DNA of 64,000 bases from an uncultured Nitrososphaerota archaeon. GTDB taxonomy: Archaea > Thermoproteota > Nitrososphaeria > Nitrososphaerales > Gagatemarchaeaceae. Within the stretch, counting starts at the first letter, position 1, and the number at the start of each line of letters is the position of its first letter. The notes under the pieces were generated by a model that saw only the letters and a list, made by a program, of their open reading frames with translations, was not told where the DNA came from and did no database searches. The stretch spans positions 288,001 through 352,000 of the forward strand of contig CAWISW010000001.1 in NCBI GenBank assembly GCA_963838925.1, written 5' to 3'. The position numbers and the translations under genes are program-made. Below are positions 19,703 to 29,747 of this stretch, one piece after another.

Positions 19703-20233
19703 CTACATCCGCAGGGTGGCTTCCCTTTCGGACTCCACCAGGAGCTCTATCCCCTTGACCTGCTTCACGATCTTCTTGAGGGCCTCTATCTCGCCGCGGA
19801 GCCTCTCGGGCCTCCTTCCGGGGATTATCACCTTCGTGAGCTTGCTGCCGTCGGGGAGCCAGACCGTGTTCACGGTCAGGATGCGGATCGGGTAGAAGAG
19901 CTCCTCCAGGAACTGCCTGTCGGAGTTCGACGTCCCTATCACCCAGACCTTCCCCTTTAGCATGTCCTCGAGCTTCTGCTTTATCTCGGGCTTGGACCTG
20001 AAGAGGGCGGCGTCGGCCTGCTCCATCTCCATGACGTAGCTCCCCTCGACCTCGTACGACCGAAGGAGCGCCGCCTTGTTGAGCTCGGGGACTGACTCCG
20101 CCAGCTTCACCAAGACCTTCGAGACGACGATGTCGGAGTTGGATATCTGCCCTGCGCTCAGCTTCGCCTGACACTTGGCACAGAGGATGCCCGTCTTGGC
20201 GTCGAAGGCGCATATCGGTATCCTGAGTGGCAA
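19703..20233 (-). CDS. Archaeal NusA-like protein with N-terminal Zn motif
   Basis: PICAFDAKTGILCAKC and ELFYPIRILTVNTVWLPDGS are typical of the archaeal NusA-like family. Confidence 0.7.
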   Translation of the reverse strand: MPLRIPICAFDAKTGILCAKCQAKLSAGQISNSDIVVSKVLVKLAESVPELNKAALLRSYEVEGSYVMEMEQADAALFRSKPEIKQKLEDMLKGKVWVIGTSNSDRQFLEELFYPIRILTVNTVWLPDGSKLTKVIIPGRRPERLRGEIEALKKIVKQVKGIELLVESEREATLRM

Positions 20234-20349
20234 GACCTAACTGGGAAAACCGCCCCGCCCGCTGATATAAAAATGTCTACCCCGAAAAACCATAGGCCGA
20301 CGTCGGGGCTAGGTTTATCCGAGATTGCCCGCTTCATCCCCATCGGATC

Positions 20350-21459
20350 ATGAGGCTCTTCGAGTTCCAAGGAAAGGAGCTCTTCTCAAGGTACGGCATC
20401 CCCGTCCCCCGCTCGAAGCTGGTCGGCGACCCCGCGGAGGCAGTGTCGGCCGTCGGCGACCTCGGCCTCCCGGCGGTCATCAAGGCGCAGGTCCTCGCGG
20501 GAGGGAGGGGGAGGGCGGGCGGGGTCGTCGTGGTGAGGACCAGGGACGAGGCCGAGAGGGAGGCGAGGCGCATACTGGACCTCTTGGTGGGGGGCGAACC
20601 CGCCAGGGCGCTCCTCGTCGAGGAAGCCTCCGAACACTCCGAGGAGATGTACCTCTCGGTCTCCCTCGACAGAGGGAGGAGGGAGTTCGTGGCCCTCGCT
20701 TCGAGGCGCGGGGGGACCGAGGTCGAGTCCCAGCCCGAGGGGACCATGCTCGAGCTTCCCGTGCCCCTCGAAGGGCTGAGCGCGGCCGACGCCTCGGCCC
20801 TGGCCGCCAAGCTCGGCCTCTCCGGGAGGACCTCCTCAGAGTTCCGCTCGATACTCCTCAAGCTCGAGAGGCTCTCCCGCGAGGAGGAGTGCGAGCTCGC
20901 GGAGATCAACCCCCTCGCGGTCCACGCGGACGGCAGCCTTCTGGCGCTCGACTCCAAGGTGGTGCTCGACGACAACGCGCTCTTCCGCCACCCAGAGTTC
21001 TCGCAGCTCCCCCCCGAGGACCCTATGGAGGGCGAGGCGGCGAGGTTCGGCTTCGCTTTCGTGAGGCTGGACGGGGACATCGCGGTCGTCGGGAACGGGG
21101 CGGGCCTCGTGCTGTCGACCCTCGACATGGTGGCCGACCAGGGAGGAAGGGCGGCGTGCTTCCTCGACCTGGGAGGGGGCGCGCAGCGGGAGAGGGTCGA
21201 GGCCGCCCTGAGGCTGGTCCGCGGGCTCCCGAACGCGAAGGCGATCCTGGTCAACATATTCGGAGGGATAACCCGGACCACCGACGTGGCCGATGGACTG
21301 AAGGACGTCCTCGCCGAGGGGCCCATCGCGCCCGTCTTCGCAAGGATCAGCGGCGCGGAGGAGGCGGAGGCGCGCGCGATGCTCGCGAGGCCGGGAATCT
21401 CGGTCTTCTCCGCCGCGAACGATGCGGTCCTCGCGGCCGTCAAAGAGGCCTCGGCTTGA
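20350..21459 (+). CDS. sucC: Succinyl-CoA synthetase beta subunit
   Basis: Motifs LFEFQGKELF, KAQVLAGGRGRAGGV, EINPL, GNGAGL, NIFGGITR. Confidence 0.93.
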   Translation: MRLFEFQGKELFSRYGIPVPRSKLVGDPAEAVSAVGDLGLPAVIKAQVLAGGRGRAGGVVVVRTRDEAEREARRILDLLVGGEPARALLVEEASEHSEEMYLSVSLDRGRREFVALASRRGGTEVESQPEGTMLELPVPLEGLSAADASALAAKLGLSGRTSSEFRSILLKLERLSREEECELAEINPLAVHADGSLLALDSKVVLDDNALFRHPEFSQLPPEDPMEGEAARFGFAFVRLDGDIAVVGNGAGLVLSTLDMVADQGGRAACFLDLGGGAQRERVEAALRLVRGLPNAKAILVNIFGGITRTTDVADGLKDVLAEGPIAPVFARISGAEEAEARAMLARPGISVFSAANDAVLAAVKEASA

Positions 21460-22331
21460 CGTTCGCCGTCCCTCTGAACGACGCCCCCGTGATAGTCCAG
21501 GGAATCACCGGGAGGTACGGCAGCCTACACGCGGGGCTGATGCGGGCCTACGGGACCAACGTCGCCGCGGGGGTCACGCCCGGAAAGGGAGGGGAAGCGG
21601 TCGACGGGGTGCCCGTCTGCGACAGCGTCAAGGAGGCTGTCGAGAGGACGGGCGCGAAGGCCTCGGTCCTCTTCGTCCCTGCGCCAGCCCTCCTCTCCGC
21701 CGCACAGGAGGCGGTCGCCGCCGGGATCAGGCTCCTCGTCGCCATCACGGAGCACGTGCCCATCCGCGACACCCTCGAGATGATCCGCCTGTGCGACAGC
21801 ACGGGCGCGCGCGTCATCGGCCCGAACACCCCCGGGCTGATAATGCCCTCGAGGAGGCTGAAGCTGGGGATAATGCCCGCGCCCTCGTTCATGGAGGGAG
21901 ACGTCGCGCTCTTCTCCCGCAGCGGGACGCTCATGTACGAGGTGGCCGACGGGCTCTCGAGGAGCTCCCTGGGGCAGCACGTCTCGATGGGCGTGGGGGG
22001 AGACCCGCTGAACTGCACCACCCTGACCGAGTGCCTGGACTGGGTCGCGGGGGTGGACGAGGTCAGGTCGGTCGTGCTCGTCGGGGAGATAGGGGGAGAC
22101 GCCGAGGAGAGGCTCGCCTCCCACATCACGTCGTCCAAGTTCTCAAAGCCGGTCGTGGCCTACATCGCGGGGAGGTCTGCCCCGAAGGAGAAGCACATGG
22201 GGCACGCCGGGGCCATCATCCACGGAGAATACGGGACCGCCGAGTCAAAGGTCGGGGCATTGAGAGAGGCGGGAGCCAAGGTGGCAATGACGACCGCGGA
22301 CATCCCCGCCCTGGTCAAGTCCTCGCGCTGA
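21456..22331 (+). CDS. sucD: Succinyl-CoA synthetase alpha subunit
   Basis: Motifs VQGITG, GVTPGKGG, IGPNTPG, SRSGTL, GEIGG, MGHAGA. The TTG start overlaps the sucC stop. Confidence 0.93.
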   Translation: MTFAVPLNDAPVIVQGITGRYGSLHAGLMRAYGTNVAAGVTPGKGGEAVDGVPVCDSVKEAVERTGAKASVLFVPAPALLSAAQEAVAAGIRLLVAITEHVPIRDTLEMIRLCDSTGARVIGPNTPGLIMPSRRLKLGIMPAPSFMEGDVALFSRSGTLMYEVADGLSRSSLGQHVSMGVGGDPLNCTTLTECLDWVAGVDEVRSVVLVGEIGGDAEERLASHITSSKFSKPVVAYIAGRSAPKEKHMGHAGAIIHGEYGTAESKVGALREAGAKVAMTTADIPALVKSSR

Positions 22332-22401
22332 GGCTACCGGGCCGGTCTGACCTCGAAAAGTCCTTAAGCGGGCCTTGAACGGCTTTGGAAGGAATTCCCG
22401 A

Positions 22402-22569
22402 ATGCCGATTGCAGATGTGACGAAGAAGCAGATTGCCCAGAAGCGCCGCCTGTTCCTGAAGGTGTGCCTGCGCTGCGGGGCGAGGAACGCGCTTCAGGCC
22501 ACAAGGTGCAGAAAGTGCCACGCGTCGGTCTTGAGGCTGAAGAACAGGTCCGTCGGGCTCAAGAAGTAG
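22402..22569 (+). CDS. rpl40e: 50S ribosomal protein L40e
   Basis: KVCLRCGARNALQATRCRKC. Confidence 0.93.
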   Translation: MPIADVTKKQIAQKRRLFLKVCLRCGARNALQATRCRKCHASVLRLKNRSVGLKK

Positions 22570-22616
22570 CAATCAACCCAGAGCTTAAATCGACTCGAAA
22601 GTCGCGGATTGGCTCT

Positions 22617-22691
22617 GGGCCGGTCGTCTAGCCTGGTTAAGACGCTGCTCTCACACGGCAGAGTTCCCCGGTTCAAATCCGGGCCGGCCCA
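22617..22691 (+). tRNA. tRNA-Val(CAC)
   Basis: Cloverleaf: acceptor GGGCCGG/CCGGCCC, D arm GTCT/AGAC, anticodon arm CTGCT-CT-CAC-AC-GGCAG, T loop TTCAAAT. TATA-like cttaaat at about 22584. Confidence 0.95.
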
Positions 22692-22726
22692 CTCCCTCTT
22701 CAACCTCCAGTTCGCGTCGGCGTATC

Positions 22727-23830
22727 TTATTGGCCGACGCCTAGCGTGTTCCCGATCCCTGCGAAGAGGACGCTGTCGCCCTCCTTCGTCCTCTCCATGA
22801 TCACCGCCGTCATGGCGTCCGCCACAGCCTGCGAGGCCTCGGCGATCTCCTTCCTCATCACCCCTAGCGCCTCGGCCTGGCTCTCCTTCACAAGGATGGC
22901 GTATATGGGGACGGAGTGCTTTGAAGCCACCTCCTCGATCCCGAACTTCTCCGTCCCGATCCCGCCGATTGCGGCGCCCATCCCCTCGACCATCTCGCCC
23001 GTCTTCTCGCCTTCCAGCTTCAGGGCGGCGTCGACCATGATTATCGCGCTCAGCTCGACCTTCTTCTCCTCGACGACCTTCCGGATCGCGACATCCATCT
23101 CGCCGACGTACCCCATCGGCCCCTCTGCCTTGACCACGTACAATGTCCTGCCCTTGTACTCCGTCTTGCTCAGAACGGTGTCCCGCGCGATCGGCTCCTT
23201 GGGCGCCTTCACCATGAACCTCGAAGCGACCAGGGCGCCCACGCCGTCTCCGATGGGCTGGGCGCTCGCGATGGGCTCCATCGCGTCGCTGAAGGAGGCG
23301 GCCATCTCCATGATCTGGGGCAGGCTCGCCTGGATCTGGACGAGGGTGAAGTAGGACTTTGTCTTCCTGCTCGTGAGATAGTAGTGCCTGACCACCTTGT
23401 AGATCGTATCGAGCGCGCTGGAGATCTCGACGAGGTTCTGGGCGACCGAGACCTTGACCGGGTCGTCGACGCCCACGAGCCGCTGGACCTCGCTCCTCAC
23501 CCTCACGTCGCTGTTCCTTACGACCTGCTGCATCTTGGGGACGACCCCCGCCGGGTCGAGGGTCTCGGGCATTATCGTCACGAACTCCAGCAGCTGGTCG
23601 AGCCTCTTCGCAGTGTCGCCAGCCGGCCTCCCCGCCAGGATGTAGTCCAGGGTCTGCTTCGACGCCCTCTCCTTGCTCGTCATGAGGCGGTCGACCGCCC
23701 TGCTGACTCCTCCTATCGAGATGTAGTACTGGAGCTGCTGCCCGAAGACTATGAAGACGAAGAAGAATGCAAGGTAGACCACGGTCAGCAGGTCGTTGGT
23801 CCCGGCGCCGAACTGCAGCGGGGAGGTCAT
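22727..23830 (-). CDS. DUF1512 family membrane protein
   Basis: N-terminal TM; PIGDGVGALVA, IMVDAALKLEGE, GIGNTLGVGQ. Confidence 0.8.
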   Translation of the reverse strand: MTSPLQFGAGTNDLLTVVYLAFFFVFIVFGQQLQYYISIGGVSRAVDRLMTSKERASKQTLDYILAGRPAGDTAKRLDQLLEFVTIMPETLDPAGVVPKMQQVVRNSDVRVRSEVQRLVGVDDPVKVSVAQNLVEISSALDTIYKVVRHYYLTSRKTKSYFTLVQIQASLPQIMEMAASFSDAMEPIASAQPIGDGVGALVASRFMVKAPKEPIARDTVLSKTEYKGRTLYVVKAEGPMGYVGEMDVAIRKVVEEKKVELSAIIMVDAALKLEGEKTGEMVEGMGAAIGGIGTEKFGIEEVASKHSVPIYAILVKESQAEALGVMRKEIAEASQAVADAMTAVIMERTKEGDSVLFAGIGNTLGVGQ

Positions 23831-23905
23831 TGCGGTCCGCTCTTGCAAGGAGCTCCTCTTAAACACGAGAAAGGGTCCGCGGGCTAGCTGGCCGCGGGAG
23901 GGCGC

Positions 23906-24715
23906 TCAGTCGTTTATCCTGAGCTTCTTTTCGACGTAGGGCTTCATGATGATGTCCCAGGGGGTGATCACGGTGCCCCTCGACGTGAGGCACTGCCCGA
24001 TGTCCCCGCCCAGGGTGTTCGCGGCGGCCTTGAGGGTCGTCCTCCCGGGGACCCTCCGTGGGCGGCTCTTCTCGATCTCGGCGATGGGCATCTCCAGCAG
24101 GCTGTCGGGGTTCGCCGCCAGGTCGTGGAGGACCGCGGGGCTGAACACGTGGCTGATGATGCTCCTGTCGGAGATGAACGCGCCGCCCGCCGAAAGGAAG
24201 ACGCGCCTGAACCTGTGGCTGAACATGAAGAGCAGCGCCTTCCGGAGCGGCGTCATGCCTGGGAGGGCGAACACCGGGGACGCGACGTCCTTCACCTGCA
24301 GGTCGCTCTCGAGCGTCCCGCTCTTGTAGAGCTCCAGGACGTCGGCCAGGCTCACGGGCACCCCCGTCCTCTCGGTGTCGCTGATCCATGCGAACCCGAA
24401 CCTCTCCTTCAGGAACACGTCGAACAGGCGCTCCAGCCCCTCGTCCGCGCTCACCACGCCGATGCTCTGGGCCGCGTCCTCGCACGGCTTCTCGATGAAC
24501 CGCCAGAACCCGCCTTGCCCCAGCGCGAGCAGCCTCTTGAGGAGCGAGTATCCGTGGAGCGCCCGGGGTCGGGTGGCGGTCACGTCCACGACCAGGGGGA
24601 GGCCGTCTATCTGCTGGAAGCGGAGCATCGAGACCGCAGGCAGCATCGGCATCTTCGGGTCAAGCACGGGGTACGCCCTGTTGAAGACGTGCGGCAGTGC
24701 GTCTCTGATCTTCAA
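23906..24715 (-). CDS. CBS-domain protein
   Basis: Repeated CBS-like units (LRKALLFMFSHRFRRV, VITPWDI). Confidence 0.7.
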   Translation of the reverse strand: MKIRDALPHVFNRAYPVLDPKMPMLPAVSMLRFQQIDGLPLVVDVTATRPRALHGYSLLKRLLALGQGGFWRFIEKPCEDAAQSIGVVSADEGLERLFDVFLKERFGFAWISDTERTGVPVSLADVLELYKSGTLESDLQVKDVASPVFALPGMTPLRKALLFMFSHRFRRVFLSAGGAFISDRSIISHVFSPAVLHDLAANPDSLLEMPIAEIEKSRPRRVPGRTTLKAAANTLGGDIGQCLTSRGTVITPWDIIMKPYVEKKLRIND

Positions 24716-24804
24716 TCGAGAAACACGGTGCCGCTATGAACGATAGATATGCTTTCTCTGGGTGGCCCATTCGGCGCGAACTCGGGGCTGGCCCAGGCCC
24801 CCGC

Positions 24805-25755
24805 TCAGCCGGTCACGAAGTCGAGGACCGCGGCGGCCCCGTAGAGCTTGTTCTCGGCCTGCCTCCACACCACCGACCGCTTCCCCTCGATGACGTCGTC
24901 GGTTATCTCCATCCCCCTGTGCGCGGGGAGGCAGTGCATCACTATCGCATCCTTGGACGCGAGCTTCAGGGTCTCCGAGTTGATCTGGAACCCGCGGAAT
25001 GCCCGCAGGCGCCGGGCCTTCTCGCTCTCCTCCCCCATGCTCACCCAGACGTCGGTGTAGAGGACGTCCGAGTCGACGGCCGCCTCCTTCGGGTCGTCTA
25101 CGACCTTCACGGTCGACCCCGCCCTCTTCGCGTTCTCCTCCGCCTTGCGGAGGACGTCGGGGTTGGGCGCGTAGCCCGAGGGGCACGCGGCCACGATGCT
25201 CATCCCCACGAGGGACGCCCCGAGCAGAAGCGAGTTGCACACGTTGTCCCCGTCCCCGATGTACGCGAGCTTCAGGCCCCGGAGCTTCCCCTTCGTCTCG
25301 TTTATCGTGAAGAGGTCGGAGATCGTCTGCGTCGGGTGCTCGAGGTCGCTCAGCCCGTTCACGACCGGGACCCCGGAGTAGGCGGCCATCAACATCAGCG
25401 TCTCGTGGGAGTAGACCCTTCCTACTATCACGTCGAGGTAGCCGCCGAGTATCCTGGCCGTGTCCTTGACAGGCTCGCCGCGGCTCGTCTGGAGCTCGTC
25501 CGCCCCCAGGTATATGGGGTGCCCGCCGAGCCGCACGGTGGCCACCTCGAAGCTCGTCCGGGTGCGGGTGGAAGGCTTCTCGAAGAGGAGCCCGACCGCC
25601 CTTCCGCGCAGGTCGGCGAGGGGCTCGCGCCTCTTCATCAGCTGCTTCAGTGACTCGGTCCGCTCGAGCATACCTGAGAGTTCGCGCGGCGAGAGGTCAG
25701 AGACGGAGAGGATGGAACGGGCCTTCGACTCTGACTTTGCCGGGGTGCGAGACAC
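24805..25755 (-). CDS. argF: Ornithine carbamoyltransferase
   Basis: Motifs FEKPSTRTR, HPTQ, DVWVSMG, MHCLPAHRG. Confidence 0.95.
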   Translation of the reverse strand: MSRTPAKSESKARSILSVSDLSPRELSGMLERTESLKQLMKRREPLADLRGRAVGLLFEKPSTRTRTSFEVATVRLGGHPIYLGADELQTSRGEPVKDTARILGGYLDVIVGRVYSHETLMLMAAYSGVPVVNGLSDLEHPTQTISDLFTINETKGKLRGLKLAYIGDGDNVCNSLLLGASLVGMSIVAACPSGYAPNPDVLRKAEENAKRAGSTVKVVDDPKEAAVDSDVLYTDVWVSMGEESEKARRLRAFRGFQINSETLKLASKDAIVMHCLPAHRGMEITDDVIEGKRSVVWRQAENKLYGAAAVLDFVTG

Positions 25756-25823
25756 TGGTTACTGCCCGCCCTAGCCTTCTAAGCCCTGATATTTCCGTAG
25801 TGCGCTCTGCCGCAGGGCGGTGC

Positions 25824-26978
25824 CTAACCGGGTGCGGTCTCGGGGCGGAAGTCGTCGGGGTACGAGCGGGCGTTCGGGGTCCTCTGCTTCCTCGGCCTCG
25901 AGCGCTGGACGAGCTCCTTCACCCAGTTGTTCACCTCGTCGAAAGCGTCGGCTAGCTCGAAGGAGCGGACGCTGTACGAGTAGTGGTCCCTCGGGTGGAC
26001 TAGGAAGACCTTGACCTCGTACTTCTTCTTCGGGGACTTCGTCTCGCCCATCTTGATTACCGCTCTGGCCTCTGAGATGTCGGGGACGCTCCTGCGGAGG
26101 AGCTCCACCGCGCCCTGGAACTTCTTTCTCGCGGTCTCGGCCTCGAAGGGGTCGTCCGGGAGCCCGACGATGTACATTGGTATTGAGGTCTGCGAGGCCT
26201 TCTTGGTGAGGACCCTCAGGAAGTCGCGGTAGGTGACAATCCCTTGGATCTCGCCTGTGCCCACTATCACCGAGTAGTTTGACCCGCTCTTGGACATGTT
26301 CTGGTAGGCGTCGCGGAGGGAGTCGCCGATCTCGTTCGTCAGGACGTCCTTCATCGAGAAGATCCCTAGCGCCTCGTCGTACCTCCCCGTCCTCGTGTCG
26401 CCCTTCATGTTCCTGTCGGCCTTTGGGAGGAGGTTGAACACCATCTGGTCCGAGGTGACTATGCCGTCGAGCGCCCCCTTCTTGGTCACTGGGAGCTGGT
26501 CCACCTTCTTCCTGAGCATCGCCTCCCGGGCCTTCGAGACGCTGTCAGAGGCGTCCATGCATATAGGGCTGGGGGTCATTATCGTCGAGATCTTTCCCGG
26601 GGTGTCCGAGTCGAGCAGCCTTGCGACTATCGACGGGGACGTGATCTGGCCGATGAGCTTCTTCTCCTTGTAGACCGGCATCGACCGGGTCCTGTACTCG
26701 TGCATGAGCGTCGCAGCGTCGCTGACCGTGTTGTTAGGCCCAAGACGGGGCACCTGGTGCATGACCGAAAGGATCTTGGTGTTGAGGCTCGTCACGTTCA
26801 GGAGGTCCCGAACAGAGACGATGCACGTCGTGGCATCGCCGTCGTCCGCGAAGGCCTCCATGAGCTTCGATTCCCTGAGGTACCCTATCACCCTCGTGAC
26901 AAGGTCTCCCGACGGGAAGATCTCGGCCTCCGTCAGGAGGTCTGTGACTGGCATCCGCATTAACTGGTCTGGTTTCAT
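25824..26978 (-). CDS. 4xCBS protein with C-terminal HPF/RaiA-like domain (candidate ribosome hibernation factor)
   Basis: Four CBS units, then a roughly 100-aa beta-alpha-beta-beta-beta-alpha pattern (MYIVGL...KYEVKVFL...FELADAFDEV) and a basic tail. Confidence 0.65.
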   Translation of the reverse strand: MKPDQLMRMPVTDLLTEAEIFPSGDLVTRVIGYLRESKLMEAFADDGDATTCIVSVRDLLNVTSLNTKILSVMHQVPRLGPNNTVSDAATLMHEYRTRSMPVYKEKKLIGQITSPSIVARLLDSDTPGKISTIMTPSPICMDASDSVSKAREAMLRKKVDQLPVTKKGALDGIVTSDQMVFNLLPKADRNMKGDTRTGRYDEALGIFSMKDVLTNEIGDSLRDAYQNMSKSGSNYSVIVGTGEIQGIVTYRDFLRVLTKKASQTSIPMYIVGLPDDPFEAETARKKFQGAVELLRRSVPDISEARAVIKMGETKSPKKKYEVKVFLVHPRDHYSYSVRSFELADAFDEVNNWVKELVQRSRPRKQRTPNARSYPDDFRPETAPG

Positions 26979-27055
26979 CGTAAAGGTCGCCGCAGGGTTC
27001 GCCCGAAGATGCTCTCTATTTAATCAGTTTACGCTTGTCGCCCAGACCCGCCCCG

Positions 27056-27661
27056 TCAGCGACCCAGGCTTCCGGCGGGCCTGAAGGCGCCCTTCCTCGA
27101 GAGGGCCGCGACCATCGCGACGGCGACAAGGGCCACGACCGCCAATGCGCTCGATGGGAACTCGGGCGCCGTCGAAGTTGTCGTTGCGCTCGTCGCTGCG
27201 GTAGTGGTGACCGAAGTCGTCGACGTGTCGGAGGTGCTCACGGTAGTCGTAGTCGTCGTGGTAACGGTGGGAGAGTACGTGAACGTGGTGACCATCGACG
27301 CGGTCGACCCGTTGCCGCCCCAGGTGGCATTGACCGTGAAGGTGCCCGCAGTCCACGCGGGGTTCCCGCCGGGCACTGAGGTGCCGGAGTAGCTCCCGCT
27401 CGACGGGTCGGGGTTGGAGTAGACGACGTCAGCCACGCTTCCCGCCGAGTTCTTTATCGTGATTATGACCGCGGTGTTTGCACCCGGCGCCGGTGAGACC
27501 ACGCCCGAGATCGCTATCGGCTGAGCGCCCGAATACGAGGGCGAGGCGGTCTGCACGGTTATCGTGTAGCTCGTGGCGGCGTAGGCCGGCACGAGGGCCT
27601 GCGAAAACAAGAAGATCAGCGTCAATGCGCCAGTGATGCCGAGGACGTGGGAGGAGGCCAT
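27056..27661 (-). CDS. Secreted Thr-rich surface protein with PEF-CTERM sorting signal
   Basis: Signal peptide, Ig-like domain, poly-Thr linker, then APEFP + TM helix + RK. Confidence 0.8.
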   Translation of the reverse strand: MASSHVLGITGALTLIFLFSQALVPAYAATSYTITVQTASPSYSGAQPIAISGVVSPAPGANTAVIITIKNSAGSVADVVYSNPDPSSGSYSGTSVPGGNPAWTAGTFTVNATWGGNGSTASMVTTFTYSPTVTTTTTTTVSTSDTSTTSVTTTAATSATTTSTAPEFPSSALAVVALVAVAMVAALSRKGAFRPAGSLGR

Positions 27662-27717
27662 TTTTCTCTAGGCCGCGGGGTCGCAACCTCTGCAATTTAA
27701 GATGTGCCGGCTGGATC

Positions 27718-29340
27718 TCAGTGCTTGAACGCCCTAGTGTGGGTGATTGCCATTGCGATGCCGTACTCGTCGGCCGCCTTCACCACCTCGGGGTCGCTTA
27801 TCGAGCCTCCCGGCTGGATCACGGCGGCGACGCCCGCCTTCCCAAGGAGGTCTACGTTGTCGCGGAAGGGGAAGAACCCGTCCGAGGCGCAGACCGCACC
27901 CCTCGCCCTCGCTCCCGCGTTGTCGAGGGCGATCTTGACCGCGCCGCTCCTCTTCCTGAAGCTCGCGACGCCCAGCGTCCAGAACTCTTCGAGGCCCCCC
28001 TTCTTCCCCAGCCTCCCGTCTGCCACCACTATGCCGTTCGACTGGACTCGCCTCACCAGCTCCCACGTCGCGAGCAGCCTCTGGACCGTCCCCTTGTCGG
28101 GCTTGGCCTTCGTCGGGAAAGTCAGCTTGCCCGGGTCGAGCTTGTTCCTGTAGTCGACGGCGTCCTGGAGCAGGAGCGCCCCTTCGAGCTCCTTGAGGTC
28201 GTACATGTAGTCGGGCCTCTCGACTGCCTGGATCATCCGAATCTTCTTCTTCTGCTTCGCCTCGAGCAGCTTGAGCGCGGCGGACTCATAGCCCGGGGCT
28301 ATGAGTATCTCCGTGTATACCGATGCGTCCTTCTTTCCCTCGTTCCTCCCGATCAGGCGGGCGGCGGCGAGGTCGACCCCCCGGTTCACTATCACCGTCC
28401 CCCCGAAGTCCGCCTCGGGGTCTGAGGCGTGCGCCAGCGCGTACGCCTTCGAGATGGTCGGGGCGAAGGCGAACCCGCTGATCTGGCCGTGCTTCACGGT
28501 CGCGGCGGTGGGAAAGTCCTCGAAGCCCTCCACGATGTCGTAGGCGCTGCCGATGTCGAGGTAGTTGTTGAACGATAGCGCGTCGCCGGTCAGCTGCTTC
28601 CACCCGGTCATGCTCCTCGCCCCGTCGATCGAGTAGACCGCCGCCTTCTGGTCGGGGTTCTCCCCGTACCTCGCGTCTCGGTACTTCGACGCCGAGAGCA
28701 CGAACTTGGCGGGGAAGGCCTCTCCCGGCGAGAACCTCCTCCTCAGCTCGTTGTAGATCGCCGCGTCGTACGAGGCCGTCGTCGCGAAGGCCTCCACCGC
28801 GAGGGCCTTCCTCAGCGCGAGCCCGACCTTCCCCCGGTTCCTCTTGAGCTCCTCGAGGACCGTCCCGTAGAGCTTAGGCGACGGGACCACCGTGACGTAG
28901 AGGTGGTTCTTCGTCGAGGCCCGCACCATCGACGGCCCGCCTATGTCGATGTTCTCGATCACAGTCTCGTCCGTGGCGCCCGGGTCCCTCGAGACCCTCT
29001 CGAAGGGATAGAAGTTGCAGACGACCATGTCTATGGGGGCGACCCCCATCTCCTTCAGCTCCTTCATGTGCCCGGCGTCCCCCCTCTTGGCGAGGATCCC
29101 AGCGAACAGGTTCGAGTGGAGCGTCTTCACCCGTCCAGAGAGAGCCTCCGAGAGCCCCATCGCCTCGCTGAGGCTCCTGACGTCCACGCCCCCCTCCTTG
29201 AGCGCGCTGAATGTCCCGCCCGTTGCCAGCAGCTCGATCCCGAACGAGCGCAGGCCCTTCGCGAGCTCGACCAGCCCTGACTTGTCAGCGACGCTCAGTA
29301 TCGCCGTCTTGACCTCGATGTAATCGGTTGACTTCGACAT
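27718..29340 (-). CDS. purH: Bifunctional AICAR transformylase/IMP cyclohydrolase
   Basis: Motifs GRVKTLH, NIDIGGPSM, YGENPDQ, ASDGFFPF, QPGGS, RAFKH. Confidence 0.93.
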   Translation of the reverse strand: MSKSTDYIEVKTAILSVADKSGLVELAKGLRSFGIELLATGGTFSALKEGGVDVRSLSEAMGLSEALSGRVKTLHSNLFAGILAKRGDAGHMKELKEMGVAPIDMVVCNFYPFERVSRDPGATDETVIENIDIGGPSMVRASTKNHLYVTVVPSPKLYGTVLEELKRNRGKVGLALRKALAVEAFATTASYDAAIYNELRRRFSPGEAFPAKFVLSASKYRDARYGENPDQKAAVYSIDGARSMTGWKQLTGDALSFNNYLDIGSAYDIVEGFEDFPTAATVKHGQISGFAFAPTISKAYALAHASDPEADFGGTVIVNRGVDLAAARLIGRNEGKKDASVYTEILIAPGYESAALKLLEAKQKKKIRMIQAVERPDYMYDLKELEGALLLQDAVDYRNKLDPGKLTFPTKAKPDKGTVQRLLATWELVRRVQSNGIVVADGRLGKKGGLEEFWTLGVASFRKRSGAVKIALDNAGARARGAVCASDGFFPFRDNVDLLGKAGVAAVIQPGGSISDPEVVKAADEYGIAMAITHTRAFKH

Positions 29341-29456
29341 TCGCTCACCCTCTCTCCGTCGCTGCCGGCTCCTCGCCGCGCTAGCTATTTCGCCGTATCG
29401 GTAGCCGGCCGGTTTAACAGGAACGTGGCAAATCCGACTTAAATAGACGCGGAAAA

Positions 29457-29747
29457 TTGGCGTTATTCACGACTAAAGGTCGCACGTTTGAGGTGAGCGT
29501 GGTCATCTCCAACAAGCCGGGCGTGCGAGAGCCCGAGGGTGAGACCATACTCCACGACCTTGTCGCCAAGTCAGGTTTCGAGCAGGTCGAGTCGATTCGC
29601 GCGGGGAAGTACCTGCGGGTCAGGGTCGTCGCGCCCGACGCCGCCTCTGCGAAGCGCCTCGTGGAGAAGATGTGCAACGAGCTTCGGATATTCAACCCAG
29701 CGGCCCACTCTTGCGAGGTCTCCGTCGGGAGGATGCCGGGCCAATGA
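29457..29747 (+). CDS. purS: FGAM synthase subunit PurS
   Basis: KPGVREPEGETI...IRAGK...MCNELRIFNP, directly upstream of purQ. Confidence 0.88.
   Translation: MALFTTKGRTFEVSVVISNKPGVREPEGETILHDLVAKSGFEQVESIRAGKYLRVRVVAPDAASAKRLVEKMCNELRIFNPAAHSCEVSVGRMPGQ

Noticed and set aside
27170-27300. Repetitive gtcgt/ggt-rich tract
   Set aside because: It encodes the poly-Thr linker of the PEF-CTERM surface protein and is not a DNA repeat element.
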